Source: Lacipirellulaceae bacterium (GTDB taxonomy: Bacteria; Planctomycetota; Planctomycetia; Pirellulales; Lacipirellulaceae). From it: a stretch of 64,000 bases of DNA. The notes under the pieces were generated by a model, which had not been told where the DNA came from, made no database searches, and saw only the letters and a list, made by a program, of their open reading frames with translations. Every line of letters begins with the position of its first letter. Within the stretch, counting starts at the first letter, position 1. A program made the translations under genes and the position numbers. Location: the NCBI GenBank assembly GCA_051648405.1, contig JBOFFC010000134.1, positions 4,317-68,316 of the forward strand, in the 5' to 3' direction. Positions 39,298-46,243 of this stretch are shown in pieces.

Positions 39298-40452
39298 ATG
39301 GCCAAGAAGAAACCCACCACCGGCGCCGCCCCCAAGAAGCCCGTCGTCCTCTCGCCGCGCGACAAGCGGACGATGGCCGCGCTGGTGGACCTCGCCGACG
39401 GCGTCGTCAAGGCGGCCGCGGGGAAGCGCGACCCGTATATGGACATCCCCAGCCGCACGCTGTCGAACGTCCGCTACTCGGCGCGGAAGCGGATCCTCGA
39501 GATGGGCTCGGGCAAGAACCGCCGCCAACTGTTCGACCTGTCGCAGGCCAAGAGCTACATGCGGACGATGCTCGTCGCCAGCGGCTGCAAGCGACTGCTG
39601 GACGAGGGGAAGACGACGAGTCTCCGGGGTCTGTTCTACATGCTGAAGCACACGATCGAGGGCTCGAAGGAGAACACCTTCGACGACCAGAACGAGTGCG
39701 ACACGATCATCGAGGACACCGAAGTCCTCTTGAGCAGCATCCGCGAGGAGCTGCACCTGTACGCCGAGAACCGGGGGGCGATGGTCGGCGCCATCTCGTT
39801 CACTGACAAGGGGGACGAGATCAACTGCGCGAGGATGGGATCGGGGGGCTACGCGATCCCGTCGATCGTCGAGCCCGACATCATCGAGCTCGACAAGAAG
39901 AAGTGCAGCGCCGACTTCATCCTGCACGTCGAGAAGGGGACCGTCTGGCAGCGCTTCAACGAAGACCGCTTCTGGGAGAAGCACAACTGCATCCTTACGC
40001 ACGGCTCGGGCCAACCTCCGCGCGGCGTGCGGCGGATGCTCTATCGGCTGCACAACGAGCTGAGCCTGCCGATCTACTGCGTGCTCGACAACGACCCGTG
40101 GGGGTACTACATCTACAGCGTCATCAAGCAGGGCTCGATCAACCTTGCGTACGAGTCGCAGCGGATGGCGATCCCCGAGGCCAAGTACCTCGGCCTGCGG
40201 AGCATCGACTACGACCGCTGCCAGTTGAGTGAAGGGGTCAAGATTGCCCTCTCCGACACCGACCGCAAGCGCGCCAAGCAGGTCGCCAAGTACCCCTGGT
40301 TCGAGAAGAAGCCGAAGTGGCAGGCCGAGATCCAGCGGATGATCAAGAACGACTTCAAGCTCGAGGTCGAATCGCTGATCTCCAAGGACATCAGCTACGT
40401 GACCGAGGTCTACGTGCCGGAACGGCTCGAGGCGCAGGACTGGCTGGACTGA
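39298..40452 (+). CDS. top6A: DNA topoisomerase VI subunit A (Spo11-like)
   Basis: 5Y-CAP region with SLRGLFYMLKH, Toprim Glu in LHVEKGT and a DxD block (VLDNDPWGYYIY). Start at ATG 39298 (the track ORF begins at TTG 39280). Confidence 0.9.
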   Translation: MAKKKPTTGAAPKKPVVLSPRDKRTMAALVDLADGVVKAAAGKRDPYMDIPSRTLSNVRYSARKRILEMGSGKNRRQLFDLSQAKSYMRTMLVASGCKRLLDEGKTTSLRGLFYMLKHTIEGSKENTFDDQNECDTIIEDTEVLLSSIREELHLYAENRGAMVGAISFTDKGDEINCARMGSGGYAIPSIVEPDIIELDKKKCSADFILHVEKGTVWQRFNEDRFWEKHNCILTHGSGQPPRGVRRMLYRLHNELSLPIYCVLDNDPWGYYIYSVIKQGSINLAYESQRMAIPEAKYLGLRSIDYDRCQLSEGVKIALSDTDRKRAKQVAKYPWFEKKPKWQAEIQRMIKNDFKLEVESLISKDISYVTEVYVPERLEAQDWLD

Positions 40453-40475
40453 GCTGGCTGAGTCCAATCGGCAAC

Positions 40476-40586
40476 TCTCGCAAAGGCGCGAAGGCGCAAA
40501 GAACGCGCGGGGGAGATGCAGGCCACGCGTGCTGGGCTCGCCCCGCCGCTTTGCGCGTCCTCTGCGTCTTTGCGGCTTTGCGTGCC
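40476..40586. repeat. about 110-bp hairpin element of the CGCAAAG word family (W6)
   Basis: Left arm tctcgcaaaggcgcgaaggcgcaaagaacgcgcg and right arm ...ctttgcgcgtcctctgcgtctttgcggctttgcgtg (about 25 of 32 complementary). Loop contains gggctcgccccgcc. Lies immediately downstream of top6A. Confidence 0.6.
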
Positions 40587-40663
40587 GCTTCGTTCGGCTG
40601 GAGACCGCCGCGCAAGCCATCGTGATGCCTTGACATCACTCTAGGTGATGCTATGATGCACGC

Positions 40664-40954
40664 ATGAGGACCACCGTGCGCATCGACGACGACCTGCTCG
40701 CCGAGCTCAAGAAGCGTGCCGGGGGTGACTCGCTCACCCGCGTGCTGAACGAGACGATCCGCCGCGGCATCGCCTCCGACGACGGCGAACGCGAGCGGAA
40801 GATCCGGGAGTACCGCGAGACGACCTACGACATGGGAGAGCCGCTCATCGACCTGACGAAGGCTTTGGCGCTGTCGTTCGCGCTTGACGACGAGAAGGTG
40901 ATCCGGCTGATGGGAGGCGCTCCGGCCGACGCCCAGCGCAACGAGGCGGGCTAA
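40664..40954 (+). CDS. vapB: type II antitoxin, VapB-like (DUF2191-type)
   Basis: 96-aa ORF starting MRTTVRIDDDLLAELKKRAG. TAATG overlap with the PIN toxin gene. Confidence 0.7.
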   Translation: MRTTVRIDDDLLAELKKRAGGDSLTRVLNETIRRGIASDDGERERKIREYRETTYDMGEPLIDLTKALALSFALDDEKVIRLMGGAPADAQRNEAG

Positions 40955-41388
40955 TGGTTGTCGTCGATGTCAACGTGTTGGTCAACTTGGTCAACGAGGC
41001 GGCGCCGAACCACCGCGGGACGTTCGAGTGGTGGACACGGACGCTCAAGGCGGGGCCAACGATCGGGCTCCCTTGGATCTCTCTTGTCGGGTTCCTGCGG
41101 ATCGCCACGCACCTGCGAATTCTACCCCAACCGCTCTCTCCGAAGCGGGCGGTCGCCAAGGTCGATGGCTGGCTCCGACACCCCAATACGCGGCTCGTCG
41201 GCGAGACCGCAGAGCACTTCCGCATCCTCGGCGACTTGCTGCTCGAAAGCGGCAAGGCCGGCGAAATCTTGCCCGACGCGCACCTCGCCGCGATCGCGAT
41301 CGGCAACGGCGCCCAACTCGCTTCGTGCGACACCGACTTCGCGCGGTTCAGGAAGCTCCGCTGGCTGAACCCGCTCGACGCGGTCTGA
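40954..41388 (+). CDS. vapC: PIN-domain toxin VapC
   Basis: 144-aa ORF with N-terminal MVVVDVNVLV (catalytic Asp) and C-terminal DAHLAAIAIGNGAQLASCDTDFARF. Confidence 0.8.
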   Translation: MVVVDVNVLVNLVNEAAPNHRGTFEWWTRTLKAGPTIGLPWISLVGFLRIATHLRILPQPLSPKRAVAKVDGWLRHPNTRLVGETAEHFRILGDLLLESGKAGEILPDAHLAAIAIGNGAQLASCDTDFARFRKLRWLNPLDAV

Positions 41389-41395
41389 AGAAGAC

Positions 41396-41818
41396 TCAAC
41401 GCGGGTCGAGCACCAGGTCGAACGCTCGGTTCTTCCCCCAGCGATAGAAGCCGAAATCGCTGTCCAGCGTCGCTATGCGACCCGTCCGCAGCTCGGACGC
41501 GAGATCGACCAGGCAAGCGTCGGCGAGGCTCATCGGGCGGTCGTCGTACTTCCGCATCAAGGTCGAGACCGCGTTGGCACGGTCGGCCAAGCGGAGCGGC
41601 GCCCGGTAGAAGCCCTGCGCCACCCCTTCGAGCAGGTCGTACACCGCAGCGCCGAGCCCCGCACGTTGCAGCAGAAAGCTCGCCTCGGTCAGCACCGGCT
41701 CGCAGGTAACGAGGTCGTTCGACAACGACGTGAGCGCGTCGGCAGCGACGGCGTGGCGCGGGGACGAGCGATCCATCGCCGCGACGATCGCGCCCGTATC
41801 GACGAGCAGCAGCGTCAC
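41396..41818 (-). CDS. vapC: PIN-domain toxin VapC (second pair)
   Basis: 140-aa ORF with MTLLLVDTGAIVA and SLADACLVDLASEL...IATLDSDFGFY. Confidence 0.8.
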   Translation of the reverse strand: MTLLLVDTGAIVAAMDRSSPRHAVAADALTSLSNDLVTCEPVLTEASFLLQRAGLGAAVYDLLEGVAQGFYRAPLRLADRANAVSTLMRKYDDRPMSLADACLVDLASELRTGRIATLDSDFGFYRWGKNRAFDLVLDPR

Positions 41819-42042
41819 GAACCGAACCCTTCGAGGTGCGCTGGGTTGGTCGCCAGGTCGTCGATCCCCGACGCGTGCGCTCCGACCCCCGGCAGTCGCC
41901 TCTTACCGGCGTCGCTCTCGCTGGTCAGGGCCTGAATCCCACGACGGACAACGTCGGACGCGCTCCAGCCGTGCCGCCTGCGCAGTTCGGCAAGCAGCGC
42001 CGCCGTTTCGTCGTCGAGCCTCGCTTGAACGGTGTGGATCAT
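41815..42042 (-). CDS. ribbon-helix-helix (CopG-like) antitoxin
   Basis: 75-aa ORF (MIHTVQARLDDETAALLAELRRRHGWSASDVVRRGIQAL). 4-nt overlap with the PIN gene. Confidence 0.7.
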   Translation of the reverse strand: MIHTVQARLDDETAALLAELRRRHGWSASDVVRRGIQALTSESDAGKRRLPGVGAHASGIDDLATNPAHLEGFGS

Positions 42043-42129
42043 CGGTTTCGGTCTGCTCTGCGACGTGTATTACTGACCACACAATCGTAGTACACGCCCG
42101 AGTGCTGTCAACCAAGCGCCGCCGACTCC

Positions 42130-42492
42130 CTACCCGAACAGCACGATCACCCCCACCGCGGCCGCTCCCAGCGACACGACGAGCACCGCGCCGCTCGCCA
42201 TGTCGAGCGCGTCGCGGACCGCCGGGTGGACCTCGGTCGTGACGGCCGACGAGAGGCGTTCGATCGCCGAGTTCAAGAGCTCGGCCCCCAGCACCATCGC
42301 GACGCACAGCACGAGCATCGCGAAGCTCAGCTTGCCGACCCCCCAGGCCAGCCCCAGGCAGAGGACGGCGATCGCGGCTGGGACATGGACGGCGAAGCTG
42401 TCTTCTTCGGTCACCGCGACCGCGACCCCGCGGAGGGCGCACGCGAACTTGCGCAACCAGCGGGAGAGCAGCGATCGGGAGTCCGACGGCAT
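42130..42492 (-). CDS. dgkA: diacylglycerol kinase
   Basis: Start at ATG 42492. 120 aa with three TM helices and the GAELLNSAIERL signature. Confidence 0.8.
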   Translation of the reverse strand: MPSDSRSLLSRWLRKFACALRGVAVAVTEEDSFAVHVPAAIAVLCLGLAWGVGKLSFAMLVLCVAMVLGAELLNSAIERLSSAVTTEVHPAVRDALDMASGAVLVVSLGAAAVGVIVLFG

Positions 42493-42614
42493 TTCATCTC
42501 TCGGGGAATGATCAGCTACAGACCACTGTCTCTCGCAACGACGCATAGGAACGCCCGTCAATCGGTCGCCGCACCCCGTCTCTACCATCTACCATCTGTC
42601 CTCTCGCCTCTCCA

Positions 42615-45600
42615 TCATTCTATCCCAAAGGCCCCCGCGGGGGGGACGTCGATGCCGGTGCGTCGCGTTAGGTTCGTCTTCGGAAGGAACCGCGGCTCGA
42701 GCAGGAAGCTCAACCCGACGTTGTCTTTCGACTCGTCGACGTTCGCCCCTAAGGTGAAGAGCAGCGACTCGCCGATGTGGCTCAGCGAGAACGCCTGGCC
42801 GATGTTGCCGCCGTCGCCGAAGTCGACCACGGCGCTCGCCGAGGCGATCCACTTCGGTCCGAGCCGGTAATTGAACCGCCCGGTGACGAGGTCCGACTCG
42901 AACGGGCCGGCGATCGAGCGGTAGCCGACGTAAAAGTTGCCGCGCGCCGGGCGGTTCACGCTCACGCCGGCCGAGAACGTCCGCAGTCCGTCGTCGAAGA
43001 GATCGACGAACCCGTCGGAGAGGAACGTGAGGCGGTCCCCCAGGTGCCAGGCGAGGTCGTAGTCGGCGAGGCCGACGTTCTCCCCCAGGTTGTCGTCGGG
43101 GCTCGGGAAGAGGCTCACGTTGGTGTCGAGCGTCAGCCAGTCGATGACGCGTTCTTGGCCCGGCGCGCCGCGCTTGGTCTGCAGGCGGTTGCGCATCCCC
43201 AGCCGGGCGACGCGCTGGTCATCGACGAGCTCGGTCACCGGCGAGGCGACCCACCCCTGCTGGCCGCTGCGGATCAGGTAGAACCGCGGGTCCTGCTGGG
43301 CCGGGATCCCGGTGAAGAACAGCCGGCGGCGGATCTCCTCCAGGGCGTTGTCCTCGATCGGGTCGTACAGCGGCAGGTCTTCGTAGTTTTGCGACGAGTC
43401 GGTGTAGGACACTTCGGCGTCGTACACCACCTTGTGGGCGAGGCCGTTGAGGTTGAACAGCGGGTCGCGGACGTTGGGGTTTACGGCCCACATCGGCAGG
43501 CTCGCGCGGACCCCCGTGTGGACGTACGCCCGTTGCACGTCGTCGCCCGTCAGGTCGGCGCCCCAGTGCGCGACCTCCCCGAGCACGTACGGCACGACCT
43601 TCACCGGCACGGCCTGCCCGGCGAAGTCGAGCGGCAGGTCGAACTCGTGGCGGGTGGAGAATCGCTCCCCTTCGACGGCCGCCTCCCACGGGAAGGGGGC
43701 GAACTGACCGGCGAGCGTGGCGTTGGTCGGGGTCGAGGCCGGATTCAGGTCGGAGTAAGCCCCCTTCGAGTGGGCGAACCACGTCATCGACTCGTCGAAG
43801 ACGTCCTGCCCCATCAGCCAGTGATCGACTCGCGGCAACTCCTGCGTCTCGGTGAAGAAGTCGTTGAGCTTGGCGTTGGCTTCGATCGTGATCGACTGGT
43901 TGTCGAACCGCCGCCGGAACCGCGCGCCGGTCGGCTGGTCGCCGCGCTCGTCCCACTCCTGCTCGTAGTACTGTTCGAGGAACGTCCGGTCCGAGACCCA
44001 CCCGACCTCGCCCTGCGCCTCCCAGCCGTCGAGCAGACCCCCCGTCACCTGTTGTCGGTGGTTCCAATAGGCGCGGCCGCGGAAGCTTTGCTCGGGGACG
44101 ATATTGCGACGCCCGAACCCGAGGTTGTCGTTGCCGTTCTCGTCGATGAACCAGAGGTCGGTGCTGCCGAACGCCGGCCCCTCGAACCCGGCGAACTCGT
44201 TGACGTTGTACTCGTAGACCGTGCCGTACCCGAGGCCGCGTTCGCTCAGGTAGTCGATCCCGACGGTCCAGTCGGTCCCCGGCGGCGAGGGGCGCCCGAG
44301 CAACTGGTAGACGTCGAAGTCGGCCAGCACCTGCGTGCCGAAGATCGAGTCGTTGCGGATGCGGAAGTCGCGGATGTAGAACGCCGGCTCGGTGAGGTCG
44401 GTGGCGATCGTCGGCCAGTACAGCACCGGCAGACGGTCGAGGAACACGCGGTTCCCCTCGCTGGTCGCGAGCTGCTTGCGGTCGATCTGCGGCGCCCCCG
44501 TGAACGGGTCGGTCGCCGGCTGTCCCGTCGCCGGGTCGATCAGTTGCGCTTGGTAGTCCTCGAACGTGATCGTGTCGCTGCGCAGGCTGTAGCCCGGCTC
44601 CTCGATGCGGCTGGTTGTGAACAGCGCCTTGTCGGCGACGAAGCGCGACTCGTCGAGCTGGCGGATCGATTCGGCCTTCAGCCGCACCAAGCCCCGGTAC
44701 TGGTAGTTGCCGGTCTGCGGCAGCGGCGTGAGCAGCTCGGCGTCGAGGATCACGCCGGTCTGCCGCCGCGCGTCGTAGTACATCCGCTCGGCGTAGATCG
44801 TCCGTTCCCCTTGGCGAAGAACGATGTTCCCTTCGAGGTAGAACTCGAGCGGCTTGTCTCCTGATTGCGAGAACTGGGTCCCCGACACGCCGCCGCGGGT
44901 CCAGATGACCGCCCGGTCGGTCTCGATCTCGACGCGATCGACCGCCCCTCCGGGCCCGGCGATGCCGGTCGGGAGCGCCGCCCCCTGGACCCCCGTGATC
45001 ACGACCCGCACCCCGCCCGACAAGACGGCGACGTCCTCCCCGGTGGGGCTCGTCAGCACCTCGGCCTGGAGGCCGGCGCCCATCCGCGGCGCGACCTCGA
45101 CGGTCCGGAACGTCACGCGGTTGGGGGGCTCGGCCGCGCCGGGCGTCGGCGCCAGGGTGGACCCAAACGACGGCGCGGTGATCGGCGCACCGGTAAACGG
45201 CGAGACGTACTGCGCGGCGGTGAGAGCCTGTTCGGTCGTCGATCGCGGCGATTCGCCGAGGGGCTTCAGCTCTCGATCGTCGAGGCCGAAGTCGTCGAAG
45301 CCGGCGGTTAGGACCGAAGCGGTCGGCGGCGTCGGACCGCTCACGGGGTCCGTGGCGATCTCGGCGCCGCGCCGTGCGAGGCCCCGCGCATACGCCCCGG
45401 GCTTCGTCGCGGGCTCTGCCGAGGGTGTCGGCGTGCGCCACTCGACACCGCCGATAGTCCGCAGCTTCCCGTACCAATGGGGCGCTTGCTGCCGCGCTTG
45501 AGGGATCGACTGAGGGTTGCGCGCCGCCGAGGGCTCGTCGTAGAGCTCGATCCGAACCGGCTTGTCGCGCGCCCCTTCGACGTAAACCGTCAGGACGGTC

Positions 45601-45848
45601 GGCTCGCGCAGCGAAGCGGGTTGATCGACCCAGACGATCGCTTCGGCGCCACGCCACACGCCCCCCTCCTGCTCGATCGCCACGTCACCGGCGAGCCACC
45701 AGACGGTCTGCCCGAACGAGTCCTCCCAGCGCCACGCCTCGCGCGCAGCGAGCGCAACGACGGCGTCGACCGGCGCCGACGGAAGCTGCACGTCGGCCAT
45801 CGCGGCGCGGGGCGCGAGCGCGGCCATCGGCGGCAGCGCGAGCAACAA
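42615..45848 (-). CDS. large outer-membrane protein, possibly LptD/OstA family
   Basis: 1077-aa ORF with a signal-like N-terminus, an OstA-like N-terminal beta region and a long Y/F/W/G/D/N-rich beta-barrel-like C-terminal region. Family assignment is tentative. Confidence 0.5.
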   Translation of the reverse strand: MLLALPPMAALAPRAAMADVQLPSAPVDAVVALAAREAWRWEDSFGQTVWWLAGDVAIEQEGGVWRGAEAIVWVDQPASLREPTVLTVYVEGARDKPVRIELYDEPSAARNPQSIPQARQQAPHWYGKLRTIGGVEWRTPTPSAEPATKPGAYARGLARRGAEIATDPVSGPTPPTASVLTAGFDDFGLDDRELKPLGESPRSTTEQALTAAQYVSPFTGAPITAPSFGSTLAPTPGAAEPPNRVTFRTVEVAPRMGAGLQAEVLTSPTGEDVAVLSGGVRVVITGVQGAALPTGIAGPGGAVDRVEIETDRAVIWTRGGVSGTQFSQSGDKPLEFYLEGNIVLRQGERTIYAERMYYDARRQTGVILDAELLTPLPQTGNYQYRGLVRLKAESIRQLDESRFVADKALFTTSRIEEPGYSLRSDTITFEDYQAQLIDPATGQPATDPFTGAPQIDRKQLATSEGNRVFLDRLPVLYWPTIATDLTEPAFYIRDFRIRNDSIFGTQVLADFDVYQLLGRPSPPGTDWTVGIDYLSERGLGYGTVYEYNVNEFAGFEGPAFGSTDLWFIDENGNDNLGFGRRNIVPEQSFRGRAYWNHRQQVTGGLLDGWEAQGEVGWVSDRTFLEQYYEQEWDERGDQPTGARFRRRFDNQSITIEANAKLNDFFTETQELPRVDHWLMGQDVFDESMTWFAHSKGAYSDLNPASTPTNATLAGQFAPFPWEAAVEGERFSTRHEFDLPLDFAGQAVPVKVVPYVLGEVAHWGADLTGDDVQRAYVHTGVRASLPMWAVNPNVRDPLFNLNGLAHKVVYDAEVSYTDSSQNYEDLPLYDPIEDNALEEIRRRLFFTGIPAQQDPRFYLIRSGQQGWVASPVTELVDDQRVARLGMRNRLQTKRGAPGQERVIDWLTLDTNVSLFPSPDDNLGENVGLADYDLAWHLGDRLTFLSDGFVDLFDDGLRTFSAGVSVNRPARGNFYVGYRSIAGPFESDLVTGRFNYRLGPKWIASASAVVDFGDGGNIGQAFSLSHIGESLLFTLGANVDESKDNVGLSFLLEPRFLPKTNLTRRTGIDVPPAGAFGIE

Positions 45849-46243
45849 GCAAGCGGCGACGACGCGCCACGCGGCGCGTGCGCGGCGGCCTCCCAGACGC
45901 GCGACCCGTGGGTCGGCGACGGCTTGCGAGATGGCGCGGAGGGGTCGGATGGCGGCGTCCTTGCATGCGATCCCGCCCCCACGGAGGCGCGCAATGCGCG
46001 CACCGCCGTCGGGCGAAAAATGCGGCGGAGTCTAGGAGAACCGTCGAAACGCGGTCAAGACGCGTAACGGGCCGCGTTGGACGTCGCAAACCGCGGACAG
46101 GCAACGACTTACCGCGACGACCCCACGCCGTGGCCAGGCGCCAGCGTGCAAGCAGCGACGGCGTCGCCGGATCGCCATCCCCTTGTCCCCGCTTTGTCCC
46201 CTTCTCCCCCGTACCGTCCGTCGGTCCCAGAGTGGACCTCGGC

